Assembly (NCBI GenBank): GCA_008632985.1
Contig: QPGO01000145.1
Coordinates: 1-64,000, forward strand
From: Psammoneis japonica
Lineage: Eukaryota
DNA: 64,000 bases
Direction of reading: 5' to 3'
Position numbers and translations under genes: made by a program. Below are positions 36,750-49,608 of the stretch, in pieces (the first letter of the stretch is position 1; every line of letters starts with the position of its first letter). Under the pieces are notes generated by a model. That model was not told the DNA's origin and did no database searches. It saw only the letters and a list, made by a program, of their open reading frames with translations.

Positions 36750-37745
36750 ATGACGACGACATCAAATTCCACAACAACAACGGTTTCTTCGTTGCATCCC
36801 ATGCCGGATGAAACGACATTTGAATTTTGGACCGATCTCATTTTAGGAGTATTATTCTTGACGATTTTTCTCCTTTCTGCGCAACGCATGTTGCATTCAC
36901 GTCAATTGGGTAGTGGTGGTGCAGCAGAAACCACCGTGGTGACGGCGTTTTATTCACTCATTTGTGTCACATCCTTTTTAAGGGCCGTGTGGTTTCTCAT
37001 TCCCAATTCGGTATGGCAACCGACGTACGTACCGGATGCCGCCATGGCGTTTTTTTCAAGAGATTGGATGGGCCGGTTCGTATCCAATCTCGTGGTGAGC
37101 GCGGGATCGTTGAGTTTGTTTTCCATTTTTATTTTGATTCTCGTGTATTGGGCCGATATTTTGAAAAAATACTTTTATCCCGGTGCACGTCGATCACGGC
37201 CCATGGTGACCTTTTTGACACTCGTGGGGTTATTGGTGGCGGTCGTGGTGGCCAATGCCGCGTGCTTTTTACTCGGACTCTACAGCACGGAAGGTATGAT
37301 TTTGGTCAATGCCATCTTGTTGGCCATGGTGTCCATGGTGTGTGTGGCACAAATTACAGTGTTTTCGCATCGATTTCGGACCGTCCTCAAAACACTCGGT
37401 GCCATTAATCAAGTTTCGACGGAATCTCAAGTCAAACGCATTGTTTGGATTACCGTGACGGGCAATTTGTTTTTTCTTGCCCGGGCCGCACTCGAAACGG
37501 CATTTTCCATTTTGTTATTGATGAGTTGGCATACAACGGGTTCCGTCAATCGTCAATTTACGCACGCTCAATGGGATGCCTACATTTGGGTCAAGCACGG
37601 GACCGAAGTGGCCATTTTGGCATTAATGTTGTATATTTTACAATCACGATTTGCCTCACAACAACAACGAGAAGGATATCAACCCGTGCCGGATGCTGCT
37701 GCTGCAGATAAACAACCAGAACAACAAGAAAATGTGGTTGTGTAA
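36750..37745 (+). CDS. THH1/TOM1/TOM3-like (DUF1084-like) 7-TM membrane protein
   Basis: About 7 hydrophobic helices; LRAVWF and FSIFILILVYWADI motifs. Confidence 0.65.
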   Translation: MTTTSNSTTTTVSSLHPMPDETTFEFWTDLILGVLFLTIFLLSAQRMLHSRQLGSGGAAETTVVTAFYSLICVTSFLRAVWFLIPNSVWQPTYVPDAAMAFFSRDWMGRFVSNLVVSAGSLSLFSIFILILVYWADILKKYFYPGARRSRPMVTFLTLVGLLVAVVVANAACFLLGLYSTEGMILVNAILLAMVSMVCVAQITVFSHRFRTVLKTLGAINQVSTESQVKRIVWITVTGNLFFLARAALETAFSILLLMSWHTTGSVNRQFTHAQWDAYIWVKHGTEVAILALMLYILQSRFASQQQREGYQPVPDAAAADKQPEQQENVVV

Positions 37746-38069
37746 GAGTACAAAAACGAGTGCAAAGATTAATGTGTAATGTAGTAGTGTGTAACTATTG
37801 AACGTGTGTACATGCAAGAAGAAAATGTGGTTGTGTAAAGAAAGAGTATTATACAAATAATAATGTGTAGTGTGGAACTATTGAAACTGTGCATATGCTG
37901 GGGAGTTGGTTGTGAAGAACATCTATAATAACTAGAGTGCAACATTGTTTGTAAAAGGAATTGCTACTGTCCACATTGGAACTTGTGTCTCTCTATAAAA
38001 GAGAGAAAGACGCACAGTGGATGATGAGAGGGAAACACGCAGCCCAACTACTAGAGAGAAAATCACACA

Positions 38070-41000
38070 CACATGTCAGAAATCCAAGCATCAAAAAACA
38101 AACACAAAACAATGACACACGCACCTCACGGCGTGGTTGCCTGTGGATGGGGTCATCATGGAACCCATCTAGAGCATGCCTCTGGTGGGCCCAGCTGGCG
38201 GCCAGATGCACCTGCATTTAAAAAGAATGTGGGTTGTTTGCAGTCTGCTGATGCTGCTGGTGATCAGCACATTGTTGACAGAGAGGGACCATCTCTCCAG
38301 CAGCAGCAGCCTGGTGTGGGTTTTGAAGACAGAGGTGGCATTTTGTTCACAGAGCAGCACAGGAGAGATCTTTTCTCCACACACACACACACACATGCAC
38401 ACAACCCAGCACACCCAAGGAAAGAGCTGGGGAGGAGGGGGTCAAGGGGTCAGAGAGAGGCGCGTGGGTTTTTGGGAGTGGCCAGCAGCATGGCACTGGA
38501 GACTGGTGGCAGAGAAATCCCGTGCTGCACATTTGCACAGAAGCACTCTTGAGACAGATCTTGGTTGCTGCCCAGACTTGCTTGTGTCCACAAGCAAATG
38601 GGAATAAAATGACCATCTTGATGTGTGTGTCAGCAGTGTGTGGTGATGACTGGTGGTAGAAAAGTCACCCACAAGTGGCGCACGTCATGGGGCAATTGCA
38701 TTTGGGTTCTGCAGGTTGTGCTGATGCTAAATTCACAATGTGGTGCAGAAGCAGCACCAGGTGGCAGCTGGTGTGATGCTGGAACATCTGGATCACAGGA
38801 AACACATGAAACTCAGACGTGCTGAAGAAAAGGTGCTTTGGCTCCTGATGCGACACATTTGGCAATTCTTTGTGAGTGAGATTTTGCCATCACCAATCTC
38901 TCTCACCTTTTGCTTCATCTCACTCTTTGGGTTGAACCATTTGGTTGGCACAATTCATCTGTCTGTGCCACCAGATGCCTGCCATGCTGCAAGTTTAAAG
39001 TTTGCATTGATGACTTGCTTCTGGGCAACCCACAGCCATTGCAAGCAACCAAGGCAAGTGCATCAAGCCAAGCAGCACAGAAAGCTTAACAGGATTCCCC
39101 CTTTTGGTGATGCACTGACTTGCCAATGCAACATTCACTCAAAAGAGTTGCTTGCCCTGCACCAAGTGCTTGCAGACACTGACCTTCACAATGCAGCCAA
39201 CCAACACTGGAATTCTGCACAATGAGTGGGAGAGGAGGAGGCAGAACAAGTGGTGCAAAGGCTGAGGTTGTGGTCACGGCAGAGGTCACAAGAGTCACAC
39301 AAGTCCTCTTGCAACAAGAAGAAGACTGACCCAAAGAAGAGCTTTTAGCCTGAGATGAAAAAGTTCCATCCTTCATCACTGAGCAGCAATGCTTGCAAAG
39401 CAACACATGAAGAGGTCAAGGAGAAGATCATCCATTGCATGCAGAAAGAACACATGCAAGGCATGCGTTTGGTCTGATCTCCACCAAAGACATGCAAAAC
39501 ACAAAGACTTTGGTTCTGAGAGACCTGCCTTGAATGTGTCCACAACAACAGAGCCAGCCAACACAGCAACAACAGCAGCAGACAATTGTCAGGCCAAGCG
39601 GCTGTCAGAGAAGCAGTGAAAGGACAAAGAGCTGGAATGCCAGCACACAAAACAGAATCACATGAATGCCATGACAAGACAAAGCAGTTTGAAAAGAACA
39701 AGACTGCCACATTCACCAGGATCTTGGGTAACCACTGCACCAAGCCAATGAGTGAAGCAGAGGGTGCAAGGCAAGCCCCCAACAGGCACCCAAAAATGTC
39801 AGAGATGATCCAATCAAGTCATTGAAGCTGATCCAATTCCTTGTGCTCAACTCAATGAGAGGTTGATGCCAAGTTCCTGAAAAACATGCCAGACATGAGG
39901 CAACAAGAGAACAAGTCAATGAATGGTTGCCTGTCAAGATTCAAAAATCAGTGAGATGCCACAAGCAAAGGTCTGGGAGAGACAGAATGCTGGACAGATT
40001 TGTCTCCAATGCCAAGGAACTCAAGGAAGGTGCTGCAGCGGTCCAGAACATGTTGAAAGAGATGGCATTTGAGAAATGGACAACTTCTCTGTTTGTGGAG
40101 AGAACAGTGATGATCATTGCCATCAAATCTTAAAAAAGAGCTTCATGAGAGACTGCAGCCTGGGCAAGGACACCCATCTGAAGACCCTGGATGAGGCAAT
40201 GGATGTGCAAACAACAAGAATGGTGACAGAGCAACTGTGAGAATGAAAGGTCTGACAATCTAAAGGACCAGATCCATGTGGCCACCCACAAGGGCTGCCA
40301 GAGCAATGCAGCAGTTTGTTGCTGCTGTTGCAATGAACTGGGTCACAAGCCCCCCAGACTGCTGCAAGCATCAAAATGACACTAAGCACAACAACTGGTC
40401 CAAGAATGCCAGAAAGAAGCTGCCGGACATCAGGAAGTTGTCACATGTGCACTGCAGACACAATCACAAATTGGTGCATTGGCAATTCCCTGTGCTGCTC
40501 CTCTCACACATTTCCATGCCTTCTGCATGCAAGAAATGTGTGGTTCAATGTGCCATGCACAGTGGCAGCTGCTGAGCATGACAGTGTTGGGTTTTTCAAC
40601 CAGCAGGAGCTGTGGCATGGGTGTGTTGGCATTCTTGCTAACTCTTGAGAAACATGTGCCACATTTCCTTGAAAAGGAACACAATGTGCTGTGGCATGCT
40701 GACCCCAAAAGGGACCTTGGTGGCATCAGAAAAGAACTGGCAACAGGCTCCACTTGTGCTCTCCTGATGCCATGGGCCCATGCGCAGGCTGAGGTGATGG
40801 GAGTGCAGTGGGTGGTGCCCCTTGCTGAGCCTGGGCATGTGCTTGAGGTGGTGGCACAGTGGCAGGCTGTTTCACATGTTGCTGCTGTTGTTGCTGCTGC
40901 TGGGGTTGAAACGGTGGTTGACCAGTGGCTGACCCTGTGCAAGCAGCAGGAAGGGCTCCTCCTAAATCAGCCATGGTGGTTGAGGATGAGCGGAGGGGGT

Positions 41001-41250
41001 CACGCCTGGGCAGGCCCCGTCGTGATCCTTTGAGCTGTCTGTTTGTTGTCGAGCACATTGAGCATGGTCCGCTGTCCTTCAATGAACAGACTCGAGCAGA
41101 TCAACAGCCCTGTCGTCATCTTCCCCGTTCTGCTGCTAGCACTCTCCACGCACAGCGAGTCCATGCGTCGACCGTTGCGCGCGTCCTTTGAACACCCCGG
41201 TCGATCGGTGCAGACTTTCATCTCAGTGATCGGAGTGCGCACGCAGCTTG
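38070..41250. mobile_element. TA/CG-depleted degenerate repeat block, including a gag-like remnant (about 39400-40430, +)
   Basis: Almost no TA or CG; homology to 21080-21180; dense Tyr-free spurious ORFs. Confidence 0.55.
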
Positions 41251-41410
41251 CTTGGCGGAGGCACCATGATGTCCATCGCGGGAACGATGTTATTCACGCT
41301 TATTGACGAATTCCTGTTGATCAGAGCGTTGAGACCACCGCAGGGTTCCAAATCTGATCGAAAGAAAACGAAGAGTATCGCTTCTGGTGCTCTGACGATC
41401 GCCCAATAAT

Positions 41411-43068
41411 ATGGGAGATACTTCGCCGACCATGATTGCAGCTTTTTACAGCTACTTTGCGCAAGAGAGCAACAACGGAAAAGTCCTATCTCTGGATCTG
41501 TCGCAACGAAGTGATTTGGGAATCCGAAAAGAAGGAGGGGAGCAAATAATTCTCACGGATGATGAGGTCGCCGAGCGTACAGACTGGAACAATCGAAAGT
41601 TACAAATCGCGCAGCATTACAGAGTTGCCACGCCCCGGATTCCTAGTGAGCTGTCGCAGGAGGAGTTTTTGTTGCTCCGTGTTGCAGCACCATGTCTCAA
41701 AGCAAACTCTAGACTTGTATCAGTCCGCAGTCCGACTACTGACTATCGCGCGAGTCGTCACTATCCACCGAGTGTCCAAGTCTGGCGCGAATTTGAGCAG
41801 TCTGTCAGGAACTTCCGTGCTGACAATACAGTGCAAAGCGTCACAGCATTCTCAATCTTGCAGGTTGAAGGAAGTCTCAGTGACGTTGCAGCTTGTGTCG
41901 ATGAGGGTAGCGAGCAGCAGTATTTGGCTGCCAAAGTCTTGGACCCCCTTCAGTACGCTGGGCTCATGGGCGAGGTCAGCATAGGTTCAAGAAATTGCCA
42001 GGGCGAACCGGACTTCTCACTAAGGGGACCGGAAAACGAAGCAATTGTTTTGGGCGAGTCCAAGGCGACGCATAACTTGCCCCTGCCAATGACAGCGCAG
42101 GAATTGGCGACGCACTACAATGAAGCCAGAGCAGCTGTTGATGGACTGACCGAACCAAGATCAGACCGTCACCAACGCCCCCCTGGATGGTCTCATGTGG
42201 GACATACCATTTCACAGATTCTTGGGTACATGGTCCTTAATCATTGTCGTTATGGGGTTCTCACTAGTGGATCGAGAACTTATTTCATTCACATGCAGAG
42301 GGGTAATACCATTGATGAAGAAAATGTGAAGATCAGTGATGCGTGGTACATTGGGCAAGAGAACTATCTCCGTGCATGGGCCTTTTTCTACGCAAGTGCT
42401 TGCGATGAAAACCAGCAGGATCTCAACAAGGATGCGCTTTCTGAGGCCTGGCTTGAAGGCACGCCAGATAATGCCAAGAAGAGACATCCTTCTCCATCTG
42501 AAAGGGGTCGTCTAAACGAAATTTCGGGATATTTCGTCGTGGCTCATATTGGGGTGGCGGAAGAAAGCGGGCTAGTTCAAATTCGCTTTCTCGTGGCAAA
42601 GGAAACATACCCACGGTAGCTCTCAGTGATTTCAAAGTCGGTCAGCCAATTGGATATGGTCGTCGTGGAACCACATTCAGTGGGACGTGGAAAAACGGAG
42701 AAGTAGTAGCACTGAAACTCTTTGACACTCACAAGAACAACGGAAGGGAAGCTTTTGAGCGAGAGATTAAGGCCTACGAACATTTGACAGAAGCATGGGG
42801 CCGACTTGTTCCAACTCCAAAATTCCATGCTGAGGCTTTTGGCGTTATCTACTTTGGGATGCAAATGGCTGAGCAACCTTCTCAGTGTGCTAGTTTTGAC
42901 GATTGGAATGAAGTCAGGTGCGAGCTGGAAGAGAAGTACGGTTTTCGTCATTTGGATTTGGAAGGAGATGAACGCGGACCCAATTTTCGAAATCATATGA
43001 TGCTTCGCGACAAATCCGGAAAGATGCGGCCAATTGTGATTGACTTAGAGGAGTACGAATTGCTTTGA
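41411..43068 (+). CDS. Crinkler-like PD-(D/E)xK nuclease plus protein-kinase-like fusion (one -1 frameshift near 42502-42616)
   Basis: GEPDF...VLGESK, SQILGYM...CRYGVLTS..RTYF; the -1 frame gives IGYGRRGTTF, VVALKLFD, FEREIKAY, RHLDL, VIDLE. Confidence 0.7.
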
Positions 43069-43129
43069 TTTGTCTAAATTAGACTTTGAGAACAGTCAAT
43101 TCTAGTGCTCTGCTGTTGCCAAACCATGC

Positions 43130-44900
43130 GCCGTGGTTTCGACGAATTCACAACGATGGCGAGTCTTGTGCGCTTTCACTGGCATTTGCCCCCGTGGGTT
43201 GGAAGCGGCCAGTGGCATCTTCGTCCGCGCTAAAGGGTTCTTTGGGACCAAAAGAACTTGGCCAGCGCACTGGCGGTGCTGCCAGCTGTGGGGCCAAAGC
43301 AGCATTGAAGAACAGTCAATGCTGAGAGTCCACAATTGCTGTAACTTGCATTTCATGACAGTGGAAAGCATGGTTCCCAGGATTCATTTTCACATTGCTC
43401 TTGCACACTGCGGACTGCTAAGAAAGCCACCAAAGATGCAACAGGCCCACCTTGTTGGTGGATCTCTGTCTTCTTTGTCAGCCTCTTCTGCAAGCAGGCA
43501 GATTCAATGGCACAGTCTTCTTGGTGTCTGTGGCATCCACAGAAAAAATTCTGAGCCCTCATCTTCTAATCAATGTGAACTTTTTGCTGGTGGTGCTCCT
43601 CCCCAGTTCGCAACCTTGGTGCTCTTGCCTGAGTCAAGGAAGGCTGCTTCTGGCAGCATTTTCTCTGCTGGGTGTGACTGCCTCCTCTTCTCACTTGTTG
43701 TTGTGCTTGCTGATTTCTTTCATGTCATCACCCAGTGGGTCAGACTCTCTTCACTGATGTCTTTGTGTTTGAAGTCAAGGAAGCCTGCTCTTGAACACCC
43801 CCATCAGATGCTGTCCCGTGTTGGCCAGGCCAGTGCCCACACTTGCATTTGACTCCTGCTGTGTCACTTCATTGGCAGTTCTCTCCAAGGACAAAAGTCT
43901 TCCAGGCAGTGGTGCTCCAGTGTCATTTGGATCCAGGCAATCTCATTTTTCAGGTGGTGCAGCACTGGGCAGCTGCCCAGGAGATGCTGGCACTCCATTC
44001 ATTTGTGCCCCACTGTGAACAACCTTGGCAGTGATGTTGGAACAGGCATCAAAAAGCCAGAACAACTGGCTGCACCACCCCTTGCAATCATGGGCGCCAT
44101 GGAATGAACCTTGGCAGGATGAGGGGATGTGCCCAATGCCAACCCCATGGAGCAGCACTGCAGGACTGCAGACAGATGAAGAGGGTTCTTGACACAGCAA
44201 CTTTTTCTTCCACACTCTTGACTGCAGTCTGATGATGCTGTTTCTTTGATGGACAAGAGTGGTGGCATCCCTGCTCCATGCCTTTGAAGAACTGCTGGAA
44301 GAGGTCAAATGACAACCCATGGCACAGCAGGTGTGTGGAGAGAAGTGTTGTTGTTGGTGTTTGTTTTTGTGGTTGCCAAATGAAACCAAGATGATGCCAA
44401 AGATGAAAAATTGTGAATGAAATTTTGTTGAATGGGACATGAACCAAATTGACAGACAAAACACAGGTTGAAATTTTTGTTGACACTGGAAAATGGCAAC
44501 ACACTGTGGGGAAAAAAAGAGGCGGTGGTGCCAAAAAACAAAAACAGTGTGTCACCTAAAAAGAGAGCTTGTGTGTGATGGCAGCATGTGCAGCACATCC
44601 ATGCAGAGAATGCATTTTGGGAGCATGACTGCTGGAAGAATGAGAGAGATTGTGTCTGCGCTGTGAATGGTGGTTTTCCCAGAAACCCGACTGATTTCGA
44701 GCATCAATTCTTCGAGATGCACTGGTGGGGTGTTTGCGTTCAAGAATGGGTGGGTGCCACATGTCCCAGGATTGCAAAGCTTGCGTTGCTCCATTTTTTG
44801 TGCAAGAGATCGCCACATGACACTGGAAATCAACTGAACATCGGCTTCGTAGTCTAAAAATGTGAACAACGCGCAGTCGGTGGATCTTGTTGTTACCAGC
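43130..44900. repeat. TA/CG-depleted degenerate block, origin unresolved
   Basis: Same composition as the other hypermutated blocks; no motif recognised. Confidence 0.5.
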
Positions 44901-45462
44901 TTCAACGATCGCGAAAGCACAGCAGAAAATCGTTTTTTGTCATTTCCCGAAGCTCCTCTCTAGCTAGTAGAAGAGACAAATTATGTATGACCAAAAATTT
45001 CCGTTGTGACCACATAAATGTCTTGTTTTTCGTTCAAAGTACTAACTTTTTTTGGTACACTAGAATATAGATTCTCAAAATAGTCATTTGTCGAACCTAG
45101 AAATGACTATTTCAGGTCATTTCGGGGATGTTCCTCTGTCCCGAAATCATGGGCACTTATGGCCGTCGAATCATGAATCATACTGTATCCAGTATTGTAG
45201 CAATGCAATGGCGAAAAAGCAACAAAGATATCCGTATGGCGTGCCTTCTGCACAAGGCACAATGGAGGAGGTTTGTTGGGTAGATCTTGACTGCGTCTTT
45301 TTGTATGAGTGCTGATACAGCATTTGTCCTGGGCTTATTTGATGATGAGAACTTGTGTAACGTTTGGTTTGCGAACACTCGTGTCAACAAACATCATGCG
45401 TTCTCATATCTCAGCACGAGAGAGCAGAGAAGCATAAAGATTGACAAAACAACAACAGCAAG

Positions 45463-47349
45463 ATGGGAAACCAACTTTTCATTCAATTAGCAATTCTCCT
45501 ACTACTTCTGCAATCAAAATGGCGGTCGTCAGAAGCCTTCTCGATTAGCCCTTCACCGTCTCTTATTGCCAATGCGAGAAACAAAAAGAGAGCCATCCTT
45601 GCGATTGATGGAGGTGGGTTGCGTGGCATTGTGAGTGCAACGGTTCTCAAACGCGTCGAGCAGTCGATTCAGACCCAAACGGGAGATGCCGGGCAACTCT
45701 TGGGCGAATCCTTTGACGCGATTGCAGGAACGTCCACCGGTAGCATTCTCGCGAGTTATTTTTGTACCTACAATAAGGATGGAGTCTTGCAAAAGGATGG
45801 GACGCATTGCCGAGGCGAGGGCGTGCCTGACTATCTGGACGGAACGGCGGATTCTGCAGTGAAGTTTTATGAAGAAAATGCTGACGAAATATTCGGCCAC
45901 CCGTGTGGAGCAAGTTCAGAGAATTTCTTTTCCAACCTCTGGAGAATGGGTCGACGGGCAGTAACTGGGCGTGCCAAGCATTCTACCAGCGAGACCTATG
46001 GGTTGGACCATGTCCTCAAGACCACAATGGGAAACTTAACCATGAAAGAATTGGCTCAAGGACTACGAGCTGGTTGGACGGGACGACGTCTCCCGACACT
46101 CCTGATGATGGCGTTTGACATGACCTTTCAACGTCCTATCGCGTTTGTAGCCGATAGTCTGCAGGAAAGAGTGTATTGCTTTCGATTGGAACAGATGGCG
46201 CCTCCTTTTACACCGTCCTTTATCAAACCTTTTGCGTCCCGGACAGGACGGCTTGGTAGTGGTCGTTTGAATCGCATTATGAATCACTGGCGTGACCTGT
46301 TCCAGGCGTCTGGTTCGGCGTACTACAACGAGACTACCCACGACGGATTTGAGTTTGGCCCAATAACGTTTCTCGGGGACTCGATGATTGAGAGAGATGA
46401 TTTCGTCGAAGACTGGATATCTTTGCAGTATAAAGCGTTGGAGTCGGTTGCCGACAAGGACGAGGCGGCCAAGGAGTTAATTGTATACGGAAAGACGAAC
46501 ACCAGTAATCTTACAGTCTGGGAAGCTGCGCGTGCCTCAGCCAGTGCTCCGACCTATCTGCCGCCTCTACATGTCAAGAAGTTCTACACGAGACACTATT
46601 TTGCGGAAAAGTTCGACAAGGAGTTCAAGAATTTGACAGATGATGCATACTTTTGTGATGGGGGGATTGTTGCCAACAATCCCGGCGAACAGGCGCTTCT
46701 TTATTTGATGGCACGTGATCAGACGATCCCGATTCCGTCAGGGGTTATAGACGACTACAAATATCAAAGCGCGCCAACTTCCCCGCTCCAAAATCCCACG
46801 CAAACGCATGAACCCAATCCTATTGACAACGTTGCTGTTCTTTCGATAGGCAGTGGCGTTTCTGTAGGCGGTAAGGTCGATCTTCCAAAAGACTGGGATG
46901 ATACAAAGAGCGGTAGCGAGTATTCTTGGATACGCCAGAATTCAGAGAAACAGAACATTGTAGATTTCCTTATGGAGAACTCACAAATGATTGCCCACGC
47001 TAACCTTTGCATGCTCTACGCTTTGGCGGGGTGCGATGATGCCTATCTGCGGATCCAGTACCGCGCGAGAGACCATGAGAATGTCCCTCGTCGTTTCTCC
47101 CAGACGCTGCGAAGGTTAGACGAGCCAGATCCGATGTATTTGAAGACTTATAAAGAGATTGGCGAATATCTGGCCAAAGTATACGAAGGGCATATAGACC
47201 AATTTGTCTTTTGGCATGTGCTCACCGGCGAAGAACGAGAGAAGTTCAAGGTCGACGACCCAGACAACGCGAAAAGGGTGCAGGACGGGCTTCCAATCAT
47301 CTTTAGGCACGAGACGAAGACCCCTGTCCAGAATCCAGCTACGGCGTGA
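45463..47349 (+). CDS. Patatin-like phospholipase, probably plastid-targeted or secreted
   Basis: IDGGGLRG, GTSTG, ARASASAPTYLPP, DGGIVANNP; signal peptide ending SEA-F. Confidence 0.92.
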   Translation: MGNQLFIQLAILLLLLQSKWRSSEAFSISPSPSLIANARNKKRAILAIDGGGLRGIVSATVLKRVEQSIQTQTGDAGQLLGESFDAIAGTSTGSILASYFCTYNKDGVLQKDGTHCRGEGVPDYLDGTADSAVKFYEENADEIFGHPCGASSENFFSNLWRMGRRAVTGRAKHSTSETYGLDHVLKTTMGNLTMKELAQGLRAGWTGRRLPTLLMMAFDMTFQRPIAFVADSLQERVYCFRLEQMAPPFTPSFIKPFASRTGRLGSGRLNRIMNHWRDLFQASGSAYYNETTHDGFEFGPITFLGDSMIERDDFVEDWISLQYKALESVADKDEAAKELIVYGKTNTSNLTVWEAARASASAPTYLPPLHVKKFYTRHYFAEKFDKEFKNLTDDAYFCDGGIVANNPGEQALLYLMARDQTIPIPSGVIDDYKYQSAPTSPLQNPTQTHEPNPIDNVAVLSIGSGVSVGGKVDLPKDWDDTKSGSEYSWIRQNSEKQNIVDFLMENSQMIAHANLCMLYALAGCDDAYLRIQYRARDHENVPRRFSQTLRRLDEPDPMYLKTYKEIGEYLAKVYEGHIDQFVFWHVLTGEEREKFKVDDPDNAKRVQDGLPIIFRHETKTPVQNPATA

Positions 47350-47529
47350 GTTATTCCGGTACAGGTACGGCTTAAGAGCACTGTATTTCACGATTCGAAT
47401 AGTTCGTCAAAATGTATGTTAATTTGCGATAAACAGTTGTAAGACACCAGCAATACGTAGGATGCATCATTCTGAACAACAAACGTTAGAAAAAAACCAT
47501 TTTGCATCGACCTTTCATTTAAACTTTTC

Positions 47530-49210
47530 CATCAGTGGCTCTGCTGACAGTTGATGAAGACAACAAAAACTCTGCAGTGTGGAGTGCATGCATCAGCTGG
47601 GGTGCATGGCTGATGACAACTGTCACCCAGGTGGTTGGGCAACAGCTGACCACTGCATCATTGTGTTGAGAGACAGCACAGCAAATCAGTGCCCAAATGA
47701 GTGAGGGCATTTATGGGGTGCTGCTGATTGTGCTGCTCTGATGCATGGCTGCACAACACCCAGATTGCAGCAGCCCTTTCTGCATGCTGGTGCACAACAG
47801 ACATCTGGATGGAGCACAAATGTGGGTGGCTGGTGTGTTGATGACTGCAACATGGTTGGAAAACCAACCAAAATTGTGAGGTGTCACAAAGCACATGAGA
47901 TTAAAACACAGCCATTCACAATGCAAATCAAGTTCCAGCCACAACCAGAGAAGGCCATGGGAGTCAAGAGGAGAGGTCGCGGGCTCAATTGTCAATGAGA
48001 AGCCAGCAGGCTGACATGTGACAGTTGGTCATGGCTGAGTTGCAAGCTGCAGACAATTTTTTTGAGTCAAACTCAGCACCCCAAACCTCATTTCCTTCAC
48101 ACTCTTTAATCTCTGTTGTGTGAGGCATGGTGTGCAGAATTGCTCTTTAGAAAACACTGCTTGGACCAAATTCCAGATGATGAGGAGGAAAGTGGCCCTG
48201 AAAAAGATGTGCCTTCTCTTTGGTTTTCTGCTGATGGCACGACAAGGCGCACCTGATGACAGTCCATCATGGTGCACAAAGTGAGTTGAAAAGTCAGCAG
48301 GGCTGTTCAATCTTTGCTTGAAGCCACTGACAAGCTCAAAGATTTTGAAGTTTAAAGCCTCTGTTGCTTGTTTCCCAGGCCAGAGCTGAAGCTGACACAA
48401 CAAGCTGTCAGATCCACAATGTGCACCATTTTGTTTTGTGCTCTTCCCAACACTCTGGATGCAAGTGTTGAGCCAAGAAAGACCAGCAGAGGTGGCCCTG
48501 GGCCACTGCATGGTGGTGGCATTGATCTGAGGTGCTGGGTTGGCAGCTTGAGTCAGGAGGACATTCTTCACAGCACAGACAAAAGGTCATTTGGTCAAGT
48601 CTCTGTGCAGGGTGCAAAAAAACTTGGTGTCAGCTCTTTGTCAAATCATCAGCCACCACCAGAAAGTTGGTGTTTGCACCAGATGACACTGCAAACCCAG
48701 GTTCCTAAAGACAGCATGCCTTTGTGATGCATGTTCTTTGGCAGACACACATGCAAAAAGATCTGCACATTGTTGAAAAGCTCACAACATGCCAGAAGCC
48801 CCAGACACACTTTGCTCCAGTTGGAGGCAGCACATGATGAGGGAGCAGTGTGGCAGAGCAGTGTTTTGCACTGCGGTCCTCTTTTGGCTCTGTTTTGGCA
48901 AGTGTGTGTTCTTCAAAACAAGCAACTGGCATTGCAAGCCACACAAAAAGCTGCATTTGTTGTGTGGCATTCTTGATGCTGGACTCAGACACCTGCCTTG
49001 CACGCTGCCTGATCAAAAAAAGAGGAGACTCCTCCTGGTGGCTGTGACACTCAAAAAGTTTCTTTTGGGTCTTCTTTTTTCTTTCCCTTTTGCTCTCACC
49101 CTCACTTCTTCTTCTTCTTCAGCAGCACGGAATGTTTGCCACAACAACACAACATCATTGTGGCATGAATCACATCATCTTGTTTGATTGTTGTCACAAT
49201 TGTGCTTTTT
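47530..49210. repeat. TA/CG-depleted degenerate block, probably transposon relics
   Basis: Near absence of TA/CG with sharp edges. Confidence 0.5.
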
Positions 49211-49608
49211 GTGATCTAGCAAGTCTCGACATCGGCTTTTTTGCCGTTATTTTCGTTTTTTGACTTAAGTTTTTGAAATAATAAACAATGTGTCCGTTGA
49301 AAACGGCCGGCCGTTGCAACCGTCATTGGTACAAAGCACGTGGAATTTTACAATGTCGACGTCATCCGATTCATCATTGGTGTTCGCTAATCATAAATAT
49401 ATTTATGTGCATATAATTTCAAATTCGCCACGTAGTCCCACACGTACAATTGTACTCCACCGTAGAATTCTACGTCGAATTCAGTAATACGTGGTGTATT
49501 TGAATCGCTCGTACACAAATTTGATACTGAATCTACGTGGGAACAAAAATACAGCGTCGTCGTTGACACAACACATACACAGTAAAAAAAATTAACAAGA
49601 CCACCACC

